Source of the DNA: a virus
Lineage: Duplodnaviria > Caudoviricetes
Virus record (IMG/VR): IMGVR_UViG_3300037465_000379
Span: 1-33,982 of that record
Strand: one strand, 5' to 3'
DNA: 33,982 nt
Below are positions 17,374 to 27,182 of the stretch, piece by piece. The number at the start of each line of letters is the position of its first letter. Position 1 is the stretch's first letter. The notes beneath the pieces were generated by a model. It had not been told where the DNA came from, did not search any database, and saw nothing but the letters and a program-made list of their open reading frames with translations. The position numbers were made by a program, and so were the translations under genes.

Positions 17374-18468
17374 ATGCCCGTCTGGCACCACACCTGGCCC
17401 GCGCCGCTGGCGGACGGCTACCAATTGGAGCTGCTCGATCCGGTGCTGCGGTCGCCGATGGACGCCGGGCCGCCGAAGGCGCGGCGGAGGACCATCTGGC
17501 AGGGCCCTCGGGTAAGCGCCTCGTGGCAGATGACGGACGCCGAATACGAGGTGTTCGACGCCTGGTGGAGCCAGGACCTGGCGCAGGGGGCGCTGCCGTT
17601 CGTCTGGTACGAGCCGCTGCGCGGGCGCCCGGGACGGTGGATGTTCGCGGAGGCGCCGGCGCTGGTCGAGACGGGCCCCGGCCGGGTGCGGGTGCAAGCC
17701 CGCCTGGTGTGCCTTGAGGAATGGTGGCCCGGCGTGCTCGCCAAGCAAGGCCGGACGGTGCACGTCTGGGACGCCCATTGGCGCCCGTCGCTGTTCGCGG
17801 ACGTCGACGGGCGGCGGGCGGCCAGCCTGTTCGGGCCGATCGGGCGGTGGGTGGATCGGGTGGGGGGCGGCGTCCTGCAGGCGCCCGCCGCCGAACCGCT
17901 CAGATATCCCGAATATCTGGTGGATGACGCCAACCCGCCGCATCTGTGGACGGACGGCGAAGCGCGCATGGAGATGCCGGCGATCGCGCTCGATCTGCGC
18001 GAATTCGCCGTGGTGGTGGGCTGCTCCCTGGACCCGACCAGCAGCCTCTTCGCGCGCACCGTGTCGTTCGCGCCCACCAGCGGAAACGACTGGGACCAGC
18101 CCACCGCGTTCATCGTCTCGTCCTATGACCACACCGACATCACCGGGCTCGGCGGCGGCTACGGCTTGTCCTACGACACGGATGCGACGCTCACCCGGAT
18201 CGCGTTCCTGTTCACGGGCGGGGGCGGCAATGGAGAGCTGCGTATCGACGACGTGGTCCGCGGTATGCAGGGCGGGGTCACCTCCGCGCAGGTGACGACC
18301 GGATCGCTGTTCCTGGCGTGCGGCATGACCGGCGGCGGGATCAGCAACTACGGCAAGCGCCGCATCTTCGGGCTGGCGACGGTCTCGGGCTACTGCCCGG
18401 ACGCCGCGGAGCGGACGATGCTGTCACGATGGAGCATGGCGCTGATGGGTAAGGACCCCTATGGATAG
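17374..18468 (+). CDS. Distal tail protein (gpM/Dit-like) fused to a C-terminal LamG/concanavalin-like domain
   Basis: First ~120 aa: LRSPMDAGPPKARRR..FDAWW..L.QGALPF.W. Then a WDA...SLF..IGRWVDR.G..L.TDG beta-sandwich pattern. First gene after the tape measure. Confidence 0.75.
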   Translation: MPVWHHTWPAPLADGYQLELLDPVLRSPMDAGPPKARRRTIWQGPRVSASWQMTDAEYEVFDAWWSQDLAQGALPFVWYEPLRGRPGRWMFAEAPALVETGPGRVRVQARLVCLEEWWPGVLAKQGRTVHVWDAHWRPSLFADVDGRRAASLFGPIGRWVDRVGGGVLQAPAAEPLRYPEYLVDDANPPHLWTDGEARMEMPAIALDLREFAVVVGCSLDPTSSLFARTVSFAPTSGNDWDQPTAFIVSSYDHTDITGLGGGYGLSYDTDATLTRIAFLFTGGGGNGELRIDDVVRGMQGGVTSAQVTTGSLFLACGMTGGGISNYGKRRIFGLATVSGYCPDAAERTMLSRWSMALMGKDPYG

Positions 18469-18516
18469 CCGCCCTATGCGCAGTAGCGCCCGATCTTCGG
18501 CTGAGAGGGACGCGCC

Positions 18517-18978
18517 ATGACGGACCTCCGTCGCCACCTCTACGCGCCCACGACGTCGGAGGCGCTGATCGTCCTGGTGACGCTGACGAGCGAGGGCTGG
18601 ACCGGGCCGATCCGGGTCGCGCAATGGCCGCGCGACGTGGTCTCGCGCGGCGAAACCTTCATGGCCTCGCCGGTCGCCATCGTCCTGCCGGAGTCGAGCC
18701 GGGACGGGCTCGGCACCGGGCGCGTGGCGTTGCGCTTCGTCACCGGCGAGCTGGTGGCGCTGGTGCGCACGGTCGAGCACCCGATCCGGGCCAGTCTGGA
18801 GATCGTGCGCGCGAGCGACCCGGACGTGGTGGAGCTGCCGGCGCAGGTCCTGGATATTTCGGAGATTTCCTACAGCGCCTCCGACATGGAGATGTCGCTC
18901 GCCGCCGTCGACCTCACCGCGCAGCGCTACCCGGAGGGGCAGATGGGCCCGGCGCTGTTCCCCGGCATCTCGCGATGA
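18517..18978 (+). CDS. Tail tip protein, DUF1833-like (gpL position)
   Basis: VVSRGETF.A.P..IVLP, EIVRASDPDVVE and YP...P.LFPG; GAGGGA RBS. Confidence 0.8.
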   Translation: MTDLRRHLYAPTTSEALIVLVTLTSEGWTGPIRVAQWPRDVVSRGETFMASPVAIVLPESSRDGLGTGRVALRFVTGELVALVRTVEHPIRASLEIVRASDPDVVELPAQVLDISEISYSASDMEMSLAAVDLTAQRYPEGQMGPALFPGISR

Positions 18979-19373
18979 TCGCGACGACGCTCCGGCGCTA
19001 CCTCGGCATCCCGTGGCGGCTCCACGGCGACGACCACGACGGCGCCGACTGCTGGGGCCTCGTCCGGCTGATCTACCGCGAGGTCCTGGGCGTGGCGCTG
19101 CCGGGCTACCAGGACCATTACGCCGCCCCGGACGACGACGGCGTGCGGCGGGCGCTCGACGCCGGCCGCGACGCATGGTTCGAGGTGGACAGGCCGCAGC
19201 CCCTGGACGTCGTGCTGTTCCATGGGCTCGGCATGCCGCTGCACGCCGGGGTGTGCGCCGACGCGGGCAGGTTCCTCCACGTCCGCCGCGGTGGTACATC
19301 CCACGTCGAGCGACTGGCAGGCGTGTGGCTCCACCGCATGGAGGGGGTCTACCGGTGCAGGATGGCGCCCTGA
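18975..19373 (+). CDS. NlpC/P60 tail assembly peptidase (gpK-like)
   Basis: YLGIPW..G...GADCWGLVRL (catalytic Cys) and HAGV...FLH; ATGA overlap. Confidence 0.92.
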   Translation: MIATTLRRYLGIPWRLHGDDHDGADCWGLVRLIYREVLGVALPGYQDHYAAPDDDGVRRALDAGRDAWFEVDRPQPLDVVLFHGLGMPLHAGVCADAGRFLHVRRGGTSHVERLAGVWLHRMEGVYRCRMAP

Positions 19374-22300
19374 TCGCGGTCTATCGACCGCACCTACTCC
19401 GCCCGGAAAGGACCGTTGCGCATGTCGCCCATGGCCGTTCGCTTCGCGAGATCCTGGCGGAGGTGGCGCCCGGGCTGGATCACGGTCACGTCGTGGCTAC
19501 TGTGGACGGTCGCCGTGTCGATGATCTGGGTCATCGTCCTGAGCCGGGCGCCATCCTGAGCTTCGTCGCCTACCCGGGCGACGCCCAATCGCTGCGTCCG
19601 ATCCTGATGCTGGCGGTGGTCGTGGCGGCGGCGGTGATCGCGCCCTACGCCACGGCCGGGCTCGGGATCACCACCGCGGCGGGCTACTCGGCGGCAACCG
19701 TGGCCGGGGTGACCACGGGCATCGCCGCGGTCACCAGCGCCGCCGGGATGCTGCTGGTCAACACGCTGGTGCCCGTGCCGGCGGCGCTGGGCTCGCAGGG
19801 CCGCAAGTCGAGCGCCTGGTCCCTGGAGCGCGCCAGCAACGCGGCCCGCCCCTACTCGGCGATCCCGCGCGTCTTCGGGCGGCACCGCTACACCCCGCCC
19901 CTGGCGGCCGACGTGGTGCCCGAGGCGGAAGGCAAGACCAGCTCGATCCGGTTCGCGGTCACCTGGGGCTACGGGCCCGTCACGCTGTCCGACCTGCGCT
20001 TCGGGGACACCCCGATCGACACGATCGAGGGGCTCGACCAGGAGGACTTCCCGGGCACGCCTGGGCAGGTCGCCGACCTGGCGCTCTACAGCGACGACTA
20101 CGCGGTCGAGCCGGTCGACGCGGCGATCACGGTCGAGGCGGGCCCGATCACCCGCCGCTGCGCGCCGGGCGCCGACGAGGCGATCCTGCAGATCACGCTG
20201 CCGCGCGGCCTCGCGGACATGCAGAAAGGCTCGGCCGACGACCTGAAGGTGCAGTTCCAGATCGAGACCCGCCCGATCGGCGGGGCCTGGACCGTGTGGC
20301 AGGACGTCACGCTCACCAAGAAGACCACGACGCCGATCCGGCTGGTCTACCGGCAGGTGCTCACCGAGGACCTGGATTTCCGGGTCTCGCGGATCACCAA
20401 GGACCGCGGCGACGTGGCGAAGCTCGACGACATCGTCTGGACCGCCCTGATCTCGGTGCGCCACACCAACCCGTTCGCGGCCAAGGGCGTGGCGATCTCG
20501 GCGTTCCGGGTGCCGGCGGGCGAGAAGGCGTCGGGCAACCTGCAGGCGCTGAACGCGCTGGTGACCGCCCTGATCCGGGATTACGACACCGGGTCCGGGA
20601 CGTGGGTGGTGCGCGAGACCTCGAACCCGGCCTCGATCGCGCTGGAGGTGCTGCAAGGCAGCGCCAACGGCAGGCCGGTCGAGGACGATCGGATCGACTG
20701 GGACGCCTTCGCCGCCTGGCACGGCTACTGCGCGACGAAGGGGCTCACCTGCAACCTGGTGGTGGACTGGGACGGCGCCACGGTCGAGGACGTGCTCAAG
20801 ATCGTGGCCGCGTGCGGCGACGCGATCATCCGCCCGGTGGGCGGCAGGCTGGCGCCGGTCATCGACCAGCCGCAGCCGATCCCGGTGCAGCTCGTCACGC
20901 CGCGCAACAGTTGGGGCTTCGCCGCGACCCGCCTCCTGCCGGAGCGGCCGCACGGGCTGCGGGTGCGGTTCCTCGACGAGGAGGCCGACTACGCGCCCGA
21001 CGAGCGGGTGGTCTACGCCGACGGCTACGACGAGGGCAACGCCACCCGGATCGACGATTTCGAGCTGCCCGGGGTGACCAGCGCGGCGCTGGTCTACCGG
21101 CACGCCCGCCGCCGCCTGGCCGAGATCTGGTTCCGCCGCGAGAAGTACCAGTTCCAGATGGACTGGGAGCACCTCGTCTGCCGCATGGGCGACCGCATCG
21201 AGATCGCCCACGACGTCCTGGCGGTGGCGGTCGGCTGGGGGCGGGTGCGCAGCGTGGCCCGCGACGGCGCCAACAATGCGACGGCGCTGGCGCTCGACGA
21301 GGAGATCACGCTCACCGCCGGGGTGCCCTACGTCCTGACCGTCCGGTCGGCGACCACCGGGATCGCGCTGCATGCCCTGGCGCCGGTCACGGAGACCGGG
21401 CCCACCAGCCTGTTCACGCTTGCCACCCCGACGGCGGACGTGGCGGAGGTCGACGACCTGGTGGTGGTGGGCGAGCAAGGCATCGAGACGCTGCCGGCGC
21501 TGGTCACGATGGTGCGCCCGTCCGGCGACCTCTCCGCGATGATCGAGGCGGTGCCCTACGACGAGGGCATCTACTCCGCCGACAGCGAGCCGATCCCGGC
21601 CTGGAACCCGCGCGTCAACGTCTCGGCGATCGCCACGCCGCCGGTGATCCGCAGCGCCTGGCGCACCCTGGCCAGCCGGGACGTGCTCGTGGCGCTCGAT
21701 CCGGCGCTGGTCGAGATCTCGGCCCTGGAGATCGGCTGGAACGACGACCTGAGCGCCACGGACTGGTTCACCTCGTCCTGGCCCCCGGACACCGTGATGG
21801 CGCGGCTCGGCGCCGTCGGGACGGAGGGCACGGTCTACGTCCGCGCCCGCTGGCGCCTCCCGAATGGGCGGGCGTCGGTCTGGTCGGCGCCGGTGCTGGT
21901 GCAACTGACCGCGTACGGCGAGGCGCCGAACGTCACGGCGGCCTGGACCGACGGGAACGAGCTGGTCTGGCTGGCCCCGGCGCCGTCCGGGATCGCCGGA
22001 TACCGCATCCGCTGGGTGGTCTCGGGCGGCGACTGGTCCATGGCGGTGCCGGCGCACGACGGCCTCGTGGTGGGCACCCGCTGGTCGGCGCGGCAGCTCC
22101 CGGTCGCGCATTGCGACCTGCTGATCGTGGCGGTGACGCTGGCGGGCTCCGAGAGCCCGACGCCGTTCCGGGTGCCCTATGCGCGGGTGGACGAGACCGG
22201 CGGCTGGCACGCGCTGGTGCGGGATAGCGAGGCGGCCAAGGGGTTCCCCGGGGCGCTCACCGGCGGGCAGCGCGGCGCATTCGGCCTGGCGGGGGCGTCG

Positions 22301-22939
22301 TCGCCCTACCTGTGGCCGGACCCGACGGCGCCGGCGTGGCCGGACCCGGAGGCCTTCGCGTTCCCGACCTACGTGGAGGGGACGTGGAGCTATCACACGG
22401 AATGGGTCGTGCCGGAGACGGTGGAGCTCCTGGGCGAGGCGATCCCGGTCACCGCCGCCGACATGGTCGGGATCGCCGTCGACCTCATCGCGGGCACGCT
22501 CAACAGCGTGGACTACGCGATCACGGCGGCCGGGATGGAAGAGGTCCCGTTCGCGGACGAGCGGCTGTTCGCGGACGGGCGCGGCTTCGTGCGCGAGGGC
22601 GACCTGCCCTGGCTGCCCTGGCCGCGGATCATCCGCGCCGACCCGGGGCGGAAGCTGCGCGTGAGGATCGCCTGCACGGGCGTGGTGCGCGACGTGGTGC
22701 TGATCCTCTACCGGCAGCTCAAGTTCTCTCTCGTGAGCGACGTCGTGATCCCCCTGGCCGGGACCACGGTCGGCAGCGAGAAAGAGGTCGTGGCGCTGGT
22801 CAACGTCCAGGCCACCACGAAGTCGCCCGGCATCGTCATTTCGGCCACCACCAACGGGCGGACCGCCGAGCTGAAGGCATTCGATCTGACGGGCGCGCCG
22901 GCGGTGGCGGTGGCGGACGTGCTGATCGGAGGGGTGTGA
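19355..22939 (+). CDS. Tail tip/host specificity protein TipJ (gpI-like N-terminus fused to gpJ-like body)
   Basis: Ubiquitin-like start plus Gly/Ala hydrophobic segment, N.ARPY..IP.VFG, TSNPA, TPRNSWGF, LPGVT, GD.I..HDV and FN3-like C-terminal repeats. GGAGGGGG RBS before GTG 19355. Confidence 0.9.
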   Translation: MQDGALIAVYRPHLLRPERTVAHVAHGRSLREILAEVAPGLDHGHVVATVDGRRVDDLGHRPEPGAILSFVAYPGDAQSLRPILMLAVVVAAAVIAPYATAGLGITTAAGYSAATVAGVTTGIAAVTSAAGMLLVNTLVPVPAALGSQGRKSSAWSLERASNAARPYSAIPRVFGRHRYTPPLAADVVPEAEGKTSSIRFAVTWGYGPVTLSDLRFGDTPIDTIEGLDQEDFPGTPGQVADLALYSDDYAVEPVDAAITVEAGPITRRCAPGADEAILQITLPRGLADMQKGSADDLKVQFQIETRPIGGAWTVWQDVTLTKKTTTPIRLVYRQVLTEDLDFRVSRITKDRGDVAKLDDIVWTALISVRHTNPFAAKGVAISAFRVPAGEKASGNLQALNALVTALIRDYDTGSGTWVVRETSNPASIALEVLQGSANGRPVEDDRIDWDAFAAWHGYCATKGLTCNLVVDWDGATVEDVLKIVAACGDAIIRPVGGRLAPVIDQPQPIPVQLVTPRNSWGFAATRLLPERPHGLRVRFLDEEADYAPDERVVYADGYDEGNATRIDDFELPGVTSAALVYRHARRRLAEIWFRREKYQFQMDWEHLVCRMGDRIEIAHDVLAVAVGWGRVRSVARDGANNATALALDEEITLTAGVPYVLTVRSATTGIALHALAPVTETGPTSLFTLATPTADVAEVDDLVVVGEQGIETLPALVTMVRPSGDLSAMIEAVPYDEGIYSADSEPIPAWNPRVNVSAIATPPVIRSAWRTLASRDVLVALDPALVEISALEIGWNDDLSATDWFTSSWPPDTVMARLGAVGTEGTVYVRARWRLPNGRASVWSAPVLVQLTAYGEAPNVTAAWTDGNELVWLAPAPSGIAGYRIRWVVSGGDWSMAVPAHDGLVVGTRWSARQLPVAHCDLLIVAVTLAGSESPTPFRVPYARVDETGGWHALVRDSEAAKGFPGALTGGQRGAFGLAGASSPYLWPDPTAPAWPDPEAFAFPTYVEGTWSYHTEWVVPETVELLGEAIPVTAADMVGIAVDLIAGTLNSVDYAITAAGMEEVPFADERLFADGRGFVREGDLPWLPWPRIIRADPGRKLRVRIACTGVVRDVVLILYRQLKFSLVSDVVIPLAGTTVGSEKEVVALVNVQATTKSPGIVISATTNGRTAELKAFDLTGAPAVAVADVLIGGV

Positions 22940-23814
22940 TGGATACGCCGGACCTCAACTGGTCGTGGCCGCCCGCCACGGGCGACATCAGGGACGCCGA
23001 CGGGCGGGTGCTCCTGGAGCGCAGCGGGCTGATGCTGGGCCTGCTCGACACGGACCTGCCGGCGTACGCCAACCAGCTCGTGGCGGTGCGCGCCGACGGG
23101 CTCGGCCTCCAATTCCGCGCCGGCATCACGCAGTTCACGCGGACGGCCATCCAGCTCGACGCCAACACCACCCTGGGCGAGGACCAGGCGGCGGTGGCGG
23201 TGGACAGCCAGGGACGGCTGGTGACCAGGCTCTGCTACGTGCAGGCGAGCAACGCCACGAGCCCGGTGATCCTGACCGTGCCGGCGACGGCTCCGCCCGG
23301 GCTGGCATGGAACATCCTGCAGACGCCCGGGCAGACCGGGACCGTGACGATCCGGCCCGCCTCCGGCGTGACCCTCGGAGGCCAGACCAGCGACCTCACG
23401 CTGGACGGGCCCGGGGCGCTGGTGTCGATCGGCTGCTTCCGGAACAGCGGCGGCTCGGCGGCGGAGTGCTTCGTCAAGGGCGAAAGCTCGCTGGCCCAGA
23501 CCCTGTCGGGGCTGACCACGCTCGGCGCGGTGCGGGGCGCCTATCCGCAGCTCGGCGCCGACGTGACCGACAACCTGACGCTCACCGCCGACGATCGCGG
23601 CACCGAGCGGCGCATCACGGCGACGAGCCAGAAGACGATCACGGTGCCGAGCGCCTTCACCGGTACCGTGAAGCTGCGCAACGTCTCGTCCGTGGCGCAC
23701 CTGGTCGCGCTGCCGGGCGTGGGCAACCGGACGATCCCGGCCGGGGCGGCGGGCATCGTCGACTGCAACGGCCAGGACTACTGGCTCCACACCTCGACCC
23801 CGGCGAGCTCGTGA
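22939..23814 (+). CDS. Tail fibre/adapter protein with two related beta domains
   Basis: TGATG coupling to TipJ and GGAGGGG RBS. Two segments of the pattern TL..D......(L/I)TVP (VILTVPATA, KTITVPSAF). Confidence 0.65.
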   Translation: MDTPDLNWSWPPATGDIRDADGRVLLERSGLMLGLLDTDLPAYANQLVAVRADGLGLQFRAGITQFTRTAIQLDANTTLGEDQAAVAVDSQGRLVTRLCYVQASNATSPVILTVPATAPPGLAWNILQTPGQTGTVTIRPASGVTLGGQTSDLTLDGPGALVSIGCFRNSGGSAAECFVKGESSLAQTLSGLTTLGAVRGAYPQLGADVTDNLTLTADDRGTERRITATSQKTITVPSAFTGTVKLRNVSSVAHLVALPGVGNRTIPAGAAGIVDCNGQDYWLHTSTPASS

Positions 23815-23815
23815 G

Positions 23816-25480
23816 ATGATTATCCCGGGCGCGGCCATCGGCGGCGGCATGCTCGCGGCGGACATCGCCGAGCCGGCCCCGCCGCCGGTCGAGACCATCA
23901 CGCGGCTGGACATCGACGGGGACGCGGGCGGCTACGCCTGGGCCTACAGCGTGCCGAAGATGACCGGCGACGCGACCGTCGGGAACGGCATCACCGACGA
24001 CCGGGGCTTCGTAGGCACCGGCACGGCATGGGCGATCTTCACGCTCAAGGACCCGCCCGGGTCGCTGGTCGGGCAGCAGACGTTCCGGGTACGTGCCAAG
24101 GCCAGCGTGACGACGGGCGCGCCGAAGCTGCGCATGATCCTCTGCGAGGGCGGGGTGGAGGTGCGCGAGCTGGTCGTGGCGACGTTGACCACGGCGCTCG
24201 TGACCTACGAGGGCACCTGGGACAAGGCGGAGGTGGCCGGCGCCGCCGGCGGCGACGTCCAGGTCAAGATCGTCCACGAGGGCGGCACCGCGGGCGCGGG
24301 CTACACCAGCATCGACGCGATCGACTGGCTTTGCCGCCATGAGGCAGTCCCGACGGGCGGCGGCGGCGGCGGCGGCGGCGGCGGGACCGAGGTCGGCTGG
24401 CCGGAGGGCTGGGGCGCGCGGCCGGCGCTGGGCTCGCACCACGGGATCGGGCAGCCCTTCAACACGAGCTACGACAACAACGGCAACCTCGTCTGGTACC
24501 CGCGGCGCGACTACGACGGCTGGCTCGGCCGCGCGAGCAACATCGGCAAGGTGTGGTGCAACCTCGGCAACGGCAGCGCCACCTGGGACGAGGTGGCCGG
24601 CGGCGCGGGCAGCTCGGACGCCCTGTGGGCCGGGCAGCTCAACGAGACGAACCCGAACCGGGCGCTGGACCCGACCTGGTGGCCGCGGGAGTGGCCGTTC
24701 GTCTTCGCCCTTACGGCGGTGCCGAAGAGCCACCAGAACGCGCAGAACAGCTCGACCGGGCAATGGGGGCGGCCCGGGATCTGGTCCGAAATCGCCCGCG
24801 GCGACTTCGACGTCTATTACGAGCGCCTCTTCCGCCGGCTCGCCTACAAGTGCGGGCAGACCGGCCGCGATCCGCGCACGGTCGTCCTGCGCTGGTGCTG
24901 GGAGGCCAACGGCAACTGGTACCAGCACAGCATCGGCCCGGACAAAGCGAACTTCATCGAGCATTGGAAGCGCGTGATGGGCATCATGCGCTCGGCGGTC
25001 GGATCGGTGCTGGGCGCCGGCAAATCGTTCATGATCGAGTTCGGGCCGGCCGGCCACCTGCGCTTCGGCAACGGCGCGTCCGAGCGCTTGTGGAACATCT
25101 ACCCCGGCGACGACGTGGTCGACATCTGCGGGCTCGGCATCCACGACCAGCTCGGGATCACGACCCAGGCCGACTGGGACAAGTATCTCTATTATCCCAC
25201 GACCATCGCGGGCACGTCCTTCGAGGGGATCATCGACTGGTTCGATTACGCCACGTCACGCCGCAAGTGGCTCGGAACCAGCGAGATCGAGAGCAACTAC
25301 ATCGCCCGGACGTACTTCCCCAAGACCCAGAACATGGACGTCATGTGGCGCACCGGCTTCGAGCGGGTGCGGCAACGGTACGACGGGCGGTTCGTCTATT
25401 TCATCTATCTGTGGAACGGGGACAGCGCGCTGAAGCGGGCGGACGGGTGGGGCGAGCCCTATCGCCTCCTCTACAAGTGA
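23816..25480 (+). CDS. Virion-associated glycoside hydrolase, GH26-like C-terminal domain after a poly-Gly linker
   Basis: VLRWCWEANGNWY (acid/base Glu), YPGDDVVDICG and LGTSE (putative nucleophile). An N-terminal beta-rich domain and Gly10 linker precede the catalytic region. Confidence 0.8.
   Translation: MIIPGAAIGGGMLAADIAEPAPPPVETITRLDIDGDAGGYAWAYSVPKMTGDATVGNGITDDRGFVGTGTAWAIFTLKDPPGSLVGQQTFRVRAKASVTTGAPKLRMILCEGGVEVRELVVATLTTALVTYEGTWDKAEVAGAAGGDVQVKIVHEGGTAGAGYTSIDAIDWLCRHEAVPTGGGGGGGGGGTEVGWPEGWGARPALGSHHGIGQPFNTSYDNNGNLVWYPRRDYDGWLGRASNIGKVWCNLGNGSATWDEVAGGAGSSDALWAGQLNETNPNRALDPTWWPREWPFVFALTAVPKSHQNAQNSSTGQWGRPGIWSEIARGDFDVYYERLFRRLAYKCGQTGRDPRTVVLRWCWEANGNWYQHSIGPDKANFIEHWKRVMGIMRSAVGSVLGAGKSFMIEFGPAGHLRFGNGASERLWNIYPGDDVVDICGLGIHDQLGITTQADWDKYLYYPTTIAGTSFEGIIDWFDYATSRRKWLGTSEIESNYIARTYFPKTQNMDVMWRTGFERVRQRYDGRFVYFIYLWNGDSALKRADGWGEPYRLLYK
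24356..24382 (+). repeat. (GGC)9 perfect trinucleotide repeat encoding a poly-Gly linker
   Basis: Directly visible. It is followed by GGG, giving 10 Gly. Confidence 0.95.
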
Positions 25481-25487
25481 GGACGGC

Positions 25488-26186
25488 ATGATCACCATCC
25501 TGTCCGACGTCCTCCTGCAGGACAACAGCAACGTCGCCAACCCGAGCTGGCCCAGCATCCCCTTGCCGGCGGGCCGGGTGCTGCTGTCGATCGGCACCCG
25601 CGCCGGAAACCGCCGCAAGGTGACCGGCATCACGCACCCGGCGATCCTCTCGGCGACCGAGCTGCGCTACGGGCCGGTCGGGACGGCGGGCGCGAACAAG
25701 CTCACGCCGAACGCCTGGGAGGTGCAGAGCAGCGGCGGCACCGGCACGCTGCAGGTGACGTTCGACGGCGCCGCCTATAACACCATGGTCTGCGGGCTCC
25801 AGCTCTCGGACCTGGGCGCGCTGCTCGCCTACGACGAGGACGTGGTGGCGGCGGCGGCGAGCTTCACCCTGGCGGCCACGGCGTCCGGGGTCGGCGGCGG
25901 CGTGGCGCTCTGCTGCGCCGAGCCCGGCAACGGGTCCGGGGCGATGCTCTCCGGCTCGCCCTGGGACGATGCCTCCTCGCAGTTGGAGGGCGCGTCCGGC
26001 TACGCCCGGCTGCGGACCATCGCCGAGAACGGCAACGTCTCGGGGCAGACCGTGACGTTCCAGGTGACGTCTGGCACAATGGGAGGCGCCGGCCTCGTGC
26101 TGCTGTTTGCGGCGGCGGGGGGCGGCGGAGGTGGTGGCGGTGGGGCCGGGGCGCTGATCCCCGGGGTGGCGATCGCCGGCATGTAG
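25488..26186 (+). CDS. Putative tail appendage protein, beta-rich, with a poly-Gly C-terminal linker
   Basis: GAGGA RBS; Gly/Ala/Thr-rich; ends GGGGGGGGAGALIPGVAIAGM. Confidence 0.7.
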   Translation: MITILSDVLLQDNSNVANPSWPSIPLPAGRVLLSIGTRAGNRRKVTGITHPAILSATELRYGPVGTAGANKLTPNAWEVQSSGGTGTLQVTFDGAAYNTMVCGLQLSDLGALLAYDEDVVAAAASFTLAATASGVGGGVALCCAEPGNGSGAMLSGSPWDDASSQLEGASGYARLRTIAENGNVSGQTVTFQVTSGTMGGAGLVLLFAAAGGGGGGGGGAGALIPGVAIAGM

Positions 26187-26200
26187 CGGGGAGCTCGGGC

Positions 26201-27163
26201 ATGGCGACCATTCCGGGCCGGGTGAAGGCGGGCAGCGAGACCGACAGCACCAAGGCGCAGCAGGCGGTCGACACCATCAACAGCCTGCGGGACGTGCTGG
26301 CGCAGACCACCGGCACCTGGCCGTTCGTGGCGGCGGTGGTGAGCGGCGCCAAGGTGGCGCCCTGGGCCTCGACCGGGGCAACCATCACCAGCGGCGCGGC
26401 GCTGCGACTCGACACCAGCGGTGCGGCGCAGGTCGACCTGGATGTAATCGACCCGGCGGGGCTCCTGGACCTGTCCGACGCCAACGCCAGCCGGTTGCTC
26501 CTCCTGCGGATCACGGATGCGAGCCGCACGGTGCGGCTGCGGCACGCGCAGGGCTCGTCCGGGGCCCTGATCCTGCCGGGCGGCCAGCCGTGGACGCTGA
26601 CCAGCCCGGAGCAGGTCGTCCTCGCCATGTGGGACCCGGCCGCGAGCCCCAAGAGCTGGCGGGTGCTTGGCGCGCTGGCCAGCCCGGCGGAACCGCTGTT
26701 CGCGGTGCCGGTGGTCTCGCAGTCGTGGACCACGGCGGGGCGGCCGACGGCGCCGGCGGTGGGCCGCCGCGGCCTGAACACCGAGCTGGGCACCGAGGAG
26801 TATTGGACCGGCGCCGCGTGGCAGCCGATCAAGGCCGGCGCGGCGTACGAGACCACGTTCGCCCTGCAGGACGGCGCGATCGCCTACGCCGACCTGACGC
26901 ACGGGCTGGGCGCGGTGCCCGGCATCGTGCGCGCCACGCTGGAATGCCTCGTGGCCGAGCACGGCTACGCGGTGGGCGACGAGCTGGACGCGGCGTCGGT
27001 CCGGACGGACGGCGGCGGGGTCTGCATCGCGCTCTCGGCGAGCGGCACCAAGATCAAAATCACGCAGAAGGTGCGGCCGCGGGTGATCCGCCGGGACAGC
27101 CCGAACAACGACGCGGTGGCCACGATCGGCTCGTGGCGCTGGCGCGTGCGCGCCTGGCGCTGA
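26201..27163 (+). CDS. Putative tail fibre-like protein
   Basis: GGAG RBS. Segments WTTAGRPTAP.VG..GLNTELG..EYWTG.AW and THGLGAVP....LEC..AEHGYAVGDE..WRWRVRAW resemble fibre modules. Confidence 0.7.
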   Translation: MATIPGRVKAGSETDSTKAQQAVDTINSLRDVLAQTTGTWPFVAAVVSGAKVAPWASTGATITSGAALRLDTSGAAQVDLDVIDPAGLLDLSDANASRLLLLRITDASRTVRLRHAQGSSGALILPGGQPWTLTSPEQVVLAMWDPAASPKSWRVLGALASPAEPLFAVPVVSQSWTTAGRPTAPAVGRRGLNTELGTEEYWTGAAWQPIKAGAAYETTFALQDGAIAYADLTHGLGAVPGIVRATLECLVAEHGYAVGDELDAASVRTDGGGVCIALSASGTKIKITQKVRPRVIRRDSPNNDAVATIGSWRWRVRAWR

Positions 27164-27182
27164 GCGGGGGGAGGCAGCAGCG

